Origin: an uncultured Gammaproteobacteria bacterium | Lineage (GTDB): Bacteria; Patescibacteriota; Patescibacteriia; Magasanikbacterales; GWA2-37-8 | Direction of reading: 5' to 3' | NCBI GenBank assembly: GCA_964465205.1 | Contig: CAYXJO010000002.1 | Location: 26,350-90,349 of the forward strand | DNA length: 64,000 bases | In this document: one piece after another, positions 1-8,455 of the stretch | How the letters are laid out: each line of letters opens with the position of its first letter | Position numbering within the stretch: the stretch's first letter is position 1 | Program-made: the position numbers and the translations under genes | The notes under the pieces: model-generated | Database searches by the model: none | What the model was told of the DNA's origin: nothing | The model's input: the letters and a program-made list of their open reading frames with translations, nothing else

Positions 1-27
1 GGTCGAAGGTGATTCTGGTTTGGGTAT

Positions 28-294
28 TTATTCCATTCTGTCGCAGATGCCGTTGTTATTTGTGTCGATGAAGTTTGCGCCTTTCTGGCCGCAATTGCAA
101 GCCCCTTTGCCTGCTTTGGCGGCACAGCCGGCATTGCCACAATTTTTGGCTTGGCCACAACCGCAGGTGCTATTTTTTGTGATTTCGGTCGATACTGGGG
201 CAGAGGTGTTCGCGGCTTGAGCCAAACTGACGCCTAGTACCGCGACTATGATAGCGGCGGTGATACCGCCCAGGAAATATAAATTTTTAAGCAT
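28..294 (-). CDS. Small exported Cys-rich protein (metallothionein-like Cys cluster plus FIDTNNNGICD motif)
   Basis: N-terminal hydrophobic signal ending AQA; CGCGQAKNCGNAGC...CNCG cluster; follows the anti-sigma gene and has an ECF-type promoter. Confidence 0.75.
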   Translation of the reverse strand: MLKNLYFLGGITAAIIVAVLGVSLAQAANTSAPVSTEITKNSTCGCGQAKNCGNAGCAAKAGKGACNCGQKGANFIDTNNNGICDRME

Positions 295-344
295 AATATA
301 TTAAATAATGATTTGTGCGCACATGTTCGACCTTGCTATCTAGT

Positions 345-372
345 ATTACGTAATTTGATACAAATTATTTCA
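345..372 (-). promoter_or_regulatory. ECF-type promoter TGAAAT-N16-CGTAAT for the Cys-rich gene
   Basis: Resembles the SigW-type consensus TGAAAC-N16-CGTA; a similar motif lies upstream of the sigma gene. Confidence 0.55.
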
Positions 373-1102
373 GACGACAATGTTGGGTGCATGACTCGCC
401 GCGATGTTGCATGCAACCGGCACAGCCGCACCAAGGTCTGATGTTGTCGGCGCGGAAGATTTTGCTGTTGTTTAATTCACCCAAGATTTTGATGTCGGCG
501 CCCAAGTTCAAAAATCCTCGGCCGGTAGTAGAGCTAGTGTCTATCTGCCATTTACGCCCCAATAAATCTTCTATAATTATTTGATTGGTGTCTGCCGATA
601 TGATTTCACCGGCCAATAAGCCCCGCTCTGGGTGTGTCCAAATTGCGCGATTTTGGGCTATACGATTGTAATTATCAATGTTATGAGCAAATACTTCTTC
701 GATGTTGTTGCCGATACCTAGATTATAAAATATGGTACCCAAACCGAAAGTTATTACGATGTATACTATGGCTACTATTATTATAGAATAGCGATAGCCT
801 TTTTTGGTATGTCGAAAAAAATAATATCCTAGGATAATTGATGCTCCGAGCAGTATGAACCAGAAATACGGTAATATCAATAAGGCAAATAACGCGCGAT
901 TGTCGCTGAAGCGTGTATATATATCCCAATCTTGATTGGCCAAGACAAAGATAATTACTGCCGCACCCAAAGAGCCGATAATCAAAGCCGTAATCGCTAA
1001 TGTCCATATTCCAATCCGTTTAGCAATTACTGATACTTTTCTGTTTGGGTGGATGTTATTAGTTTCTATTTTGTCCAGTATTTTATTGCTTAAATTCGTC
1101 AT
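365..1102 (-). CDS. Membrane protein, probable anti-sigma factor, with C-terminal Cys cluster
   Basis: Overlaps the 3' end of the ECF sigma gene; three TM segments; ends CGCAGCMQHRGESCTQHC. Confidence 0.7.
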   Translation of the reverse strand: MTNLSNKILDKIETNNIHPNRKVSVIAKRIGIWTLAITALIIGSLGAAVIIFVLANQDWDIYTRFSDNRALFALLILPYFWFILLGASIILGYYFFRHTKKGYRYSIIIVAIVYIVITFGLGTIFYNLGIGNNIEEVFAHNIDNYNRIAQNRAIWTHPERGLLAGEIISADTNQIIIEDLLGRKWQIDTSSTTGRGFLNLGADIKILGELNNSKIFRADNIRPWCGCAGCMQHRGESCTQHCRLK

Positions 1103-1661
1103 ATTTTTCTAAAATAATTTTTAGTTTTTTCTTCGCGCGCGATATCAGGGTGCCAACCGTACTGGTAGGGTAGTGCAATATGTCAGAAATTTCTTCGTAA
1201 GTTTTTTCTTCTAGGAAAAATAATTCTAGCGCTTCCTGATATTTTGCGTCCAATTGTTTGAGTCCATATCTAATTTTTTCATAAGTGATTTTTTTGTCCA
1301 GTTCAGTTGGCAGATCGGTCGAACTAACAATTCTTTCAAAAAGAGTGTTATTTTCATCATCAAATATCATTTGTGGTCTAGATTTGGTTTTGCGAAAATG
1401 ATCAAAAGTTTGGTTGCGCACAATGCGGTATGCCCAAGACGAAAATTTTAAAGACGAATCAAATTCGGAAAGATTTTGATAGATTTTTATGAACGCTTCT
1501 TGTAGTATGTCCTTGGCGTCTTCTTTGCTTGCTCCGGATATTCGATAAATATATGTTGAAAATTTATCTTCATAACGTTCGATCATTGTGCCAAAATTAC
1601 GACTGTCCGATAGAGACAGCGCTACTAGTTCCGCATCTGTTTGCCCATGATTAGTTGGCAT
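1083..1661 (-). CDS. ECF (sigma-24/SigW-like) RNA polymerase sigma factor
   Basis: Region 2 (DAKDILQEAFIKIY...FSSWAYRIVRN) and region 4 (TYEEISDIL...TVGTLISRAKKKL). Confidence 0.92.
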   Translation of the reverse strand: MPTNHGQTDAELVALSLSDSRNFGTMIERYEDKFSTYIYRISGASKEDAKDILQEAFIKIYQNLSEFDSSLKFSSWAYRIVRNQTFDHFRKTKSRPQMIFDDENNTLFERIVSSTDLPTELDKKITYEKIRYGLKQLDAKYQEALELFFLEEKTYEEISDILHYPTSTVGTLISRAKKKLKIILEKYDEFKQ

Positions 1662-1669
1662 ACATATAT

Positions 1670-1698
1670 AATACGAATTTTAATATGATTTTATTGCA
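1670..1698 (-). promoter_or_regulatory. Probable autoregulatory ECF promoter TGCAAT-N17-CGTATT
   Basis: Lies directly upstream of the sigma start codon; ECF-like -35 and CGTA -10. Confidence 0.55.
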
Positions 1699-1719
1699 CT
1701 GGCAAGTACCTGCGCTCAT

Positions 1720-1756
1720 ATAATAAAAATCGCTTTTAGTTAGCGATTTTTATTAT
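1720..1756. terminator. Intrinsic terminator after recA
   Basis: Inverted repeat ataataaaaatcgct/agcgatttttattat with A/T tracts. Confidence 0.75.
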
Positions 1757-1772
1757 TGTATTAGTCGATGAT

Positions 1773-2840
1773 TTATTCCTCTTCCGGTGGCGGAACATCG
1801 TCTTCTGTTGCGGCCGATTCTTCCTCGGGATTTTCGCCTTTTTCGGCTGCCGCGATGGTCTCTTTGCGGATGGCGGCCATGAGTTTGGGATTCTGTTTGA
1901 GGAAAGCTTTGGTAGCTTCGCGTCCAGTGCCTAATTTTTCGCCCGCAAAACTGTAAGTGTTGCCTTTTTTGTCGACGATTTTATAGAGCACGCCCGTATC
2001 CAGCAAGTCACCGGCGAGGGAAATACCCTCGTTATACATAATATCAAATTCGGTGGTGCGGAATGGCGGCGCGACTTTATTTTTTACAATTTTAACTTTT
2101 ACGCGATTGCCGATAATTTTATCGCCCATTTTAATTTGCGCGGCGCGGCGGACTTCGACGCGGATAGAAGAGTAGAATTTCAGTGCCATACCGCCGGTGG
2201 TGGTTTCGGGGTTGCCGAAGAACACGCCGATTTTCATGCGGGTCTGGTTGATGAAAATGAGAACTGTTTTGGATTTGGAAATAATGGCGGTGAGTTTGCG
2301 TAATGCTTGTGACATGAGACGCGCTTGAAGCCCCATATGAGAATCACCCATATCACCTTCGATTTCGGCTTTGGGCACAAGAGCGGCTACCGAATCTACT
2401 ACAATTACGTCCACGGCATTGCTGCGGACAAGAGTCTCTACGATGTCGAGAGCTTGTTCACCGGTGTCTGGTTGAGATATCAATAATTCGTCTACTTTTA
2501 CGCCTATCTTTTTGGCGTAGTCAGGATCAAGCGCGTGTTCGGCGTCCACAAATGCGGCGATGCCGCCCAATTTTTGTACTTCGGCGACAATATGTTGAGC
2601 CAAAGTGGTCTTGCCAGATGCCTCCGGTCCATATACTTCAATCACGCGACCGCGCGGTACGCCACCCACGCCCAAAGCAATATCCAAAGACAAACATCCG
2701 GTAGGAACGGACTCTACTTGCATGCGATGTCCTTCGCCAAATGTCATAATGGCGCCATCGCCAAATTTTTCTTTAATTTGCTCAATAGCTGATTCTGCAG
2801 CTTTGAGCTTCTGTTTTACCTCCTCGGATTGTTTGGCCAT
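1773..2840 (-). CDS. recA: Recombinase RecA
   Basis: GPEASGKTT Walker [24 protein letters not shown]; start set at MAKQSEE (2840) rather than the ORF-track extension. Confidence 0.98.
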   Translation of the reverse strand: MAKQSEEVKQKLKAAESAIEQIKEKFGDGAIMTFGEGHRMQVESVPTGCLSLDIALGVGGVPRGRVIEVYGPEASGKTTLAQHIVAEVQKLGGIAAFVDAEHALDPDYAKKIGVKVDELLISQPDTGEQALDIVETLVRSNAVDVIVVDSVAALVPKAEIEGDMGDSHMGLQARLMSQALRKLTAIISKSKTVLIFINQTRMKIGVFFGNPETTTGGMALKFYSSIRVEVRRAAQIKMGDKIIGNRVKVKIVKNKVAPPFRTTEFDIMYNEGISLAGDLLDTGVLYKIVDKKGNTYSFAGEKLGTGREATKAFLKQNPKLMAAIRKETIAAAEKGENPEEESAATEDDVPPPEEE

Positions 2841-2918
2841 AGAAGTGTATATAAATAGTTTTTTAAGCAGGGGTATTATAATGAAAGGGTAAAAAAATGG
2901 CAATAGGGTTTTTGAAAT

Positions 2919-2974
2919 AAAAAAGCGCCCCGGGCGCAGATCAGTGTGGTGGTGCACTGCTGCGCGCCGGAGCG
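2919..2974 (-). terminator. Intrinsic terminator of the orphan gene 2992-3504
   Basis: GC-rich long hairpin followed by a U-tract on the minus strand. Confidence 0.65.
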
Positions 2975-2991
2975 AGATAGGGTGTTCCTCC

Positions 2992-3504
2992 TTAGGTTTC
3001 ATGTTGAGCCTCCTGTTCATAGGCCACGGGATAGGTGGCGCCGGAAAACTTGACGCCAATTATCTGGGCTTTGGGGAGATTTTTGGAGATGGCTTGCGCC
3101 ACCCGCCAAATGTGAAACATTTGGCATGAGTGCAACAAGACCACTAAGGTGTCGTACTCTACCCACTCATCCATCGAGAGAATTGACGTGATGAGGGGTT
3201 GATTCAGAGACCTTGACGGAATGTTGGGCAATGGGGAATCAATACGATCTATTCTGGCATCCCCCATTTTTTTCATTCCCGCCGCCTCACACAGGATGTC
3301 CGCCAGTAGCGCAAGGTTCATTGTGTGTGTTTTGGCCAGTACGACCAGTCGCAAATCATGGGTATCGACCCATTTCAATCGCGGTACCAGTCGTTTCAGT
3401 CTAGGGACAATCCCTAGCCAAAAGACACAAACGAATAGCGCCAACACCGCCAGCTTGATAGTGGCGTAGGCGGACATCGTTCGAGTCACAATTTTTGTGA
3501 CCAT
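2992..3504 (-). CDS. Hypothetical protein with N-terminal TM segment
   Basis: Strong SD AAAGGAGGTG 6 nt before the ATG at 3504; downstream terminator. Confidence 0.65.
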   Translation of the reverse strand: MVTKIVTRTMSAYATIKLAVLALFVCVFWLGIVPRLKRLVPRLKWVDTHDLRLVVLAKTHTMNLALLADILCEAAGMKKMGDARIDRIDSPLPNIPSRSLNQPLITSILSMDEWVEYDTLVVLLHSCQMFHIWRVAQAISKNLPKAQIIGVKFSGATYPVAYEQEAQHET

Positions 3505-3706
3505 GACAGTCACCTCCTTTGCTCTCGCCGCGGGCGAGTACGTGGGTTGCTGAGATTGAAAGAGCCGATTTGGTATTAAAAAACCACCAACCAGAAGCCC
3601 AATTGACCCATCATCGTACTGTGCCTGTTTTTACGGTTGGCGGTACGACGGTAAGAATTGTGATTCCAATTCGTGGTTTTACCCCGGCAGCCTATGCCCC
3701 GGAAAT

Positions 3707-4405
3707 CTAGTTATTTGGTGTAATATCGAGTTGAGAATCCAACCATTTCGCCACTACGTGGCGAGTGATGGTGGTAGTTTTGCCATGTTTTTTTGCAGAA
3801 GCAATTATAATTGAATTTACTCCATTTGTCAAGTCGATATTGGTAGAAAATTGGCCTTGTTCGTTTGCCATCACTGCTTGGCCGTTGATATTTATCTTAC
3901 ATTCTTTGTCGGTTTCTCCCTGGACGAGCACACGCATGTTGCTGGTAATAAAGCCTTCAAGCGGCGTGTACACAATTAGTTTGGGTGGCTCGATGATGCC
4001 TTTGATTTGCCACACCAAATACCCAACAAATAATAAAATCAGCACCACCACCGTAATGTTGCGTGCGATGAATGAAAATGACATGAACGGGAAGAATTTG
4101 ATATGTCGATGGGGATGGGTGTTTTTGATATCACCTAGACCGTCTTCGCGCGTGAATTGATAGATTACAGTCTTTGGATTCAGACCAACCGCTCGGGCGT
4201 ATTCGCGTAAATAGGCGATGCGATAAACATTCGCTTTGGGAAGTTGGTCGAATGCGCAATTTTCAATTGCCTCCAAATATTTTTGGGGGATATGAGTTTT
4301 GGTTTCCAATTCCGCTAGGCTCAAACCTAAATCCTCGCGAGTTTTTTTTAAACGCGTACAGACTCGGACGGGGGGATCGAGTTTTTTTTGGCAGAAGACT
4401 GACAT
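3707..4405 (-). CDS. RodZ-like protein (XRE HTH, TM, Ig-like C-terminal domain)
   Basis: LSLAELETKTHIPQKYLEAIE...YLREYARAVGL; single TM; directly follows ftsK, the usual ftsK-rodZ context. Confidence 0.8.
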   Translation of the reverse strand: MSVFCQKKLDPPVRVCTRLKKTREDLGLSLAELETKTHIPQKYLEAIENCAFDQLPKANVYRIAYLREYARAVGLNPKTVIYQFTREDGLGDIKNTHPHRHIKFFPFMSFSFIARNITVVVLILLFVGYLVWQIKGIIEPPKLIVYTPLEGFITSNMRVLVQGETDKECKININGQAVMANEQGQFSTNIDLTNGVNSIIIASAKKHGKTTTITRHVVAKWLDSQLDITPNN

Positions 4406-4413
4406 GTTGCAAA

Positions 4414-6744
4414 TTATTGATGATCGGATTCTGACTCTGCGTTAGTGTTTGGTTCATCCAAAATTGTGCCGCCAGCATCCATAGTCTGTTCGTCGTCGGG
4501 TATTTCGGCTTCGGGTGAGGGCATGAGATGGTCGGTAAATACTTCGCGCGGTTTGGCACCATCCGCTGGTCCTACGATACCAGCTTCCTCCAGTTCGTCA
4601 AGTACACGTGCGGCGCGAGCGTATCCTAATTTAAGACGGCGTTGCAACAGTGACGCGCTGGCTTTGCCAGATTCGATGACAATGCGTTTGGCTTCTTCGA
4701 ACATTGGGTCTTGGTCGTCGCTGGGACCACCAAATAGATTCATGGTTCCGCCGGCGGATTGTTTGGAAACAATGCTTTCGTTATAAGCCGGCGGTTCGTC
4801 GCCGCGAATTGCTTCTACCACGTGCTTCATTTCTTCTTCGGAAACAAATGCACCTTGGATACGTTTGGGTTTGGATAATTCGGCAGTGAGGAATAACATG
4901 TCACCACGACCCAAAAGTTTCTCGGCGCCCGGACAATCCAAAATAGTACGCGAATCAATAAGTGAAGCAACTGAAAACGCTATGCGCGCCGGAATGTTGG
5001 CTTTCATGAGACCGGTGATGACTTCCACGCTCGGACGTTGGGTGGCCACAATCAGGTGGATACCAACCGCGCGGGCCATCTGGGCGATACGAATGATGCC
5101 GGCTTCTACTTCGGCGCCAGCTAGAGCCATCAGGTCAGCGAGTTCGTCTACCACAAATACGATATAGGGTAATTTTTCTTCCGCGGTTTTATTGTATGAG
5201 CCAATATCGCGTTTGCCGGCTTTGGCCAAAACATCGAAGCGACGTTCCATTTCGCCAATTGTCCATTTGAGTGCGTTGACGGTTTTGGCGGCATCGGTGA
5301 TAACCGGTGTGAGTAGGTGGGGAATGCCATTGTATAGTGTGAGTTCGACACGTTTGGGATCGACCATGATAAAGCGTAGGGTCTCTGGTGAATTTTGAAA
5401 TAATAAACTTAAAATAATAGTGTTGACACAAACAGTTTTGCCAGATCCAGTCGCGCCGGCGATAAGCAGATGGGGCATGCGCGGCAGATCGGCGAACCAA
5501 ACTTTGCCGGCGACATCTTTGCCCAGGGCCACCATCATGCCGTGGTTGCGATTTTTGAATTCTGGTGTTTCGAGTAGTTCGCGCAAAGTGACCATGGCTA
5601 CTTTTTGGTTGGGCACCTCAATGCCGACAAGTGATTGCCCGGGAATCGGTGCTTCGATACGAATCGGATGAGCGGCCAGTCGGAGAGCCAAATCATTTGA
5701 CAAAGTGGTGATACGAGTAAGCTTTACATTTTTGGCCGGCTTCATTGAGTATTGGGTAATAGTTGGTCCGACACGCACCTCACCCATGTCCACTTCAATG
5801 CCAAAATTCTGGAAAGTGTCCTTGATTGTTTCGGCGTTGGCTTTGATGTCGCCCGAAGTGGGTTTGCTTTTGGTGCTGAATAACAAATCAAGTGACGGCA
5901 ATTTGAAATTGGTATAATCCGGACGTTCGACTGCGATTTCCTCGGTTTCCGGTGTTTTTTCTTCGGTCGGCGCTTCTTCGGCTTTTTTGGCCAGAGCGCG
6001 TTGTGAGAACAGACGTTTTTCAGTTTCTTCCTCAGTTTCTTCTTCGGCTGCTTCCTCGTATTCTTCATCATCTTCTTCCGCTTGATCATCATCGGTTTGA
6101 ACAGGTGATTTTTCGTACGCGCCTTTGATACTGAATTTAACTTTTTCTTTGTTTTCCTTTTTGAAAAGAGCAAAGAACTCCACAATATTTCTGCCGCACC
6201 AACCGAGCATCAAGAAGAATTTTTTATTTAGCTCTACCAACTGTGCTAGCGATGTATTGAATAGGAATATAACTGATACCAGTAGTAAACAAATAAGAAT
6301 TAACGCGCCGGCTAGTACACTGACATACTTGGCAAGTGGCCACGCCAATGCCACACCGGCAAACCCACCACCATAACCCTGTGTGGCCACATCAATCATG
6401 TGATCGACCGGGGTGCGTAGATGCATGAGCCCGTTGAAAGATAGAAAAAATAAAATTGCGCCAATAAGATGAGTGGGTTTGTAGCGATACTCCATGTCTT
6501 TGATCATGAGAGTGGCGATGACAATGAGAATAATAGGGAAGACATAGCGCACTTGACCAAAGATGATAGCGAGTAGTGAATCGATAAATTCACCCGCGAC
6601 ACCGGCCATGCGAAAAAAACTAAGAGCGGATAGTCCGGCGACTAGAAATAACAAAATTGCCAGCAAACCTTTATTGATTTCTGGATCTAGATTAAGACTA
6701 GGTGGCGCGCTGCGGCGTGAATACTGGTAATAGCGACGAGACAT
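4414..6744 (-). CDS. ftsK: DNA translocase FtsK/SpoIIIE
   Basis: N-terminal TMs; PHLLIAGATGSGKT, DELADLM, ATQRPS; gamma domain SASLLQRRLKLGYARAAR; own TGnTATAAT at 6760-6768. Confidence 0.96.
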   Translation of the reverse strand: MSRRYYQYSRRSAPPSLNLDPEINKGLLAILLFLVAGLSALSFFRMAGVAGEFIDSLLAIIFGQVRYVFPIILIVIATLMIKDMEYRYKPTHLIGAILFFLSFNGLMHLRTPVDHMIDVATQGYGGGFAGVALAWPLAKYVSVLAGALILICLLLVSVIFLFNTSLAQLVELNKKFFLMLGWCGRNIVEFFALFKKENKEKVKFSIKGAYEKSPVQTDDDQAEEDDEEYEEAAEEETEEETEKRLFSQRALAKKAEEAPTEEKTPETEEIAVERPDYTNFKLPSLDLLFSTKSKPTSGDIKANAETIKDTFQNFGIEVDMGEVRVGPTITQYSMKPAKNVKLTRITTLSNDLALRLAAHPIRIEAPIPGQSLVGIEVPNQKVAMVTLRELLETPEFKNRNHGMMVALGKDVAGKVWFADLPRMPHLLIAGATGSGKTVCVNTIILSLLFQNSPETLRFIMVDPKRVELTLYNGIPHLLTPVITDAAKTVNALKWTIGEMERRFDVLAKAGKRDIGSYNKTAEEKLPYIVFVVDELADLMALAGAEVEAGIIRIAQMARAVGIHLIVATQRPSVEVITGLMKANIPARIAFSVASLIDSRTILDCPGAEKLLGRGDMLFLTAELSKPKRIQGAFVSEEEMKHVVEAIRGDEPPAYNESIVSKQSAGGTMNLFGGPSDDQDPMFEEAKRIVIESGKASASLLQRRLKLGYARAARVLDELEEAGIVGPADGAKPREVFTDHLMPSPEAEIPDDEQTMDAGGTILDEPNTNAESESDHQ

Positions 6745-6805
6745 AATTTGTATGTGAGTATTATACCACAAGCCAGTTTTTTGTTACAGAAAAATATGTG
6801 GATAA

Positions 6806-7008
6806 ACAAAAAATTCTCCCCATCGCGCTGCGAAAGGAGTTGCATGTTTTAGCTTACGAGTCGAAGATGAAAACGTCCTCGATAGCCCGAAGGTTAAAGA
6901 GGGAGAGAGATTGTTTTTAAATTCGATTCGGTTGAGACATCAACTCCACCGCAGCGCATTGGAGAGAAGAATGTTGCACTTTTTAGGTGCAACCAGGTGC
7001 GCATTTAT
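6806..7008 (-). ncRNA. Candidate standalone structured ncRNA (long rod, 6S-RNA-like shape)
   Basis: Promoter TTGACA-16-TATACT (7042-7015); long imperfect inverted repeat 6813-6853 with 6931-6968; apical cUUCGg loop on the minus strand; ends in a U-tract. Confidence 0.5.
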
Positions 7009-7073
7009 CCTCATAGTATAAATTGTTGTATATGTTTGTCAAGAAAGTTGCTTGGGGATAATTTTTGAGTAAT

Positions 7074-7121
7074 AAAAAAGCCCCGAGCACGCTAGCGTTT
7101 TGTGCTATTGTGCTGCGGGGC
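7074..7121 (-). terminator. Intrinsic terminator of 7146-7811
   Basis: gccccgagcac...gtgctgcggggc hairpin plus U6 on the minus strand. Confidence 0.7.
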
Positions 7122-7145
7122 GAGGGTGGTAGAGCGTTTGGCGCT

Positions 7146-7811
7146 CTATTGTTTGTAGAAACGTTTCACCTTGTCGCGGTCGTCTTTGCGACGCATCCAC
7201 CAGTACCATGTCTGGTAAGTGGGCGCGACGATCAGAGCGGTGATGGGTACGAGCGCGACCAGTAGCCCAATCACGACCATGTGTTGGGCGAAGATCGTGG
7301 GCTCGTTGGCGAGGTAGGAGGCCAAGTAAGCGAAGCCGATCGAGATGGCGACGCCCATGATGTAGTCCATCGGGATCCGCCAGATCCAAATAGACTTGTT
7401 GTGCCACCAGATGAAACTTTTGTGGAAGTTCGAAATCCCGTAGTGCGGATTCAAAACGAACCACAGAAAGTCCCAGTAGGGACAGACCACGAAATAGGCC
7501 GCGAGGGCCAAGGCTTCGTTGGTCAGGGTCCATGGGATGCCGGCAACCAGCTGCTCTTCGTGTCCGACGTTCATTATAAATGGCATGACGAACGGCAGGT
7601 GGAAGATGAAAAGCGGCAAGCAGAACATGAATGTGTGATACCCCGTGAGGGGTTTGCCGCTCATGATCGCGCCGTACAGCCGTGCCGCGGGTCCGGTGGT
7701 GCGGTACCAGGTGGGCGCGTTGTCGGCCCACCCGAACTTCCCTTCGGACTCCACTTCGACTGCGGCCATGACGACCGCGAGACCATACCAGAACAGGGCT
7801 TGTGTGAGCAT
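7146..7811 (-). CDS. Hypothetical multi-pass membrane protein (GC-rich orphan cassette)
   Basis: About five TM segments; SD GGAGG before the ATG at 7811; promoter TTGACA-17-TATATT at 7895-7867. Confidence 0.75.
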   Translation of the reverse strand: MLTQALFWYGLAVVMAAVEVESEGKFGWADNAPTWYRTTGPAARLYGAIMSGKPLTGYHTFMFCLPLFIFHLPFVMPFIMNVGHEEQLVAGIPWTLTNEALALAAYFVVCPYWDFLWFVLNPHYGISNFHKSFIWWHNKSIWIWRIPMDYIMGVAISIGFAYLASYLANEPTIFAQHMVVIGLLVALVPITALIVAPTYQTWYWWMRRKDDRDKVKRFYKQ

Positions 7812-8034
7812 TGTGTCCTCCATTTCAGCTCAAGTTAGTGTGCTAACATTACAGCCGCGACTTTTAAATATAGCACATTTTGGCACTTTTGTCAATGGTT
7901 TATACAATATATTGATTCTAAAAGTCGTCTGCTGTGGATAACTTGTGTACGACCGGATTGGTATGAAATTTATTTTGGCTAAAATAAGCCAAAAAGGTAA
8001 AAAAACTTGACAAACACTTATCCCCATGTTCAAT

Positions 8035-8063
8035 TTGACAAAACATCAAATATATAGTAATAT
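8035..8063 (+). promoter_or_regulatory. Sigma70 promoter for rpoBC (TTGACA-17-TAATAT)
   Basis: Consensus -35 with 17-nt spacing; implies a leader of about 390 nt. Confidence 0.6.
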
Positions 8064-8328
8064 GAAGCTACTTTGAAAACTTCTTACCCAAGTTTTTACC
8101 AAATTAGGCTAATATTAGCCAAGACGTGCGGCAAATCGCCCAAGTGTCTTCTAGCTGCATGCAAGGTACGTAAAAATTATTTCATGTCAACCTTGCTTTT
8201 TTTCGCTAAATTATAATAAAAATTGATTTCCACTTTCCAAAAAGCGGAAATTTTTTGTTGTCAGCTTTTTAAAAATTCAGGAAATTTTTTATCAAGTTTT
8301 AAAATTGATAATTAGATATTTTTAGCGA

Positions 8329-8401
8329 GGATAGTAGATATGTATTTTACGTGCCCTTCGACCGTAGGGAGCTTGGGCACTAAAATACATATCTACTATC
8401 C
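8329..8401. repeat. Long inverted repeat (21-bp perfect arm plus 6 bp) in the rpoB leader
   Basis: ggatagtagatatgtatttta(c)gtgccc ... gggcactaaaatacatatctactatcc. Confidence 0.85.
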
Positions 8402-8455
8402 AAGTGAAATAATTAGTTATTAATTTTAAAAATAAAAATAAATAAAAAATTTCCT

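Noticed and set aside
2841-3059. N-terminal extension of RecA in the ORF track
   Set aside because: It crosses a terminator and the neighbouring gene; RecA-like sequence begins at MAKQSEE.
6894-7004. 36-aa ORF across the candidate ncRNA
   Set aside because: No informative codon bias or protein-like features; the structure explains the region better.
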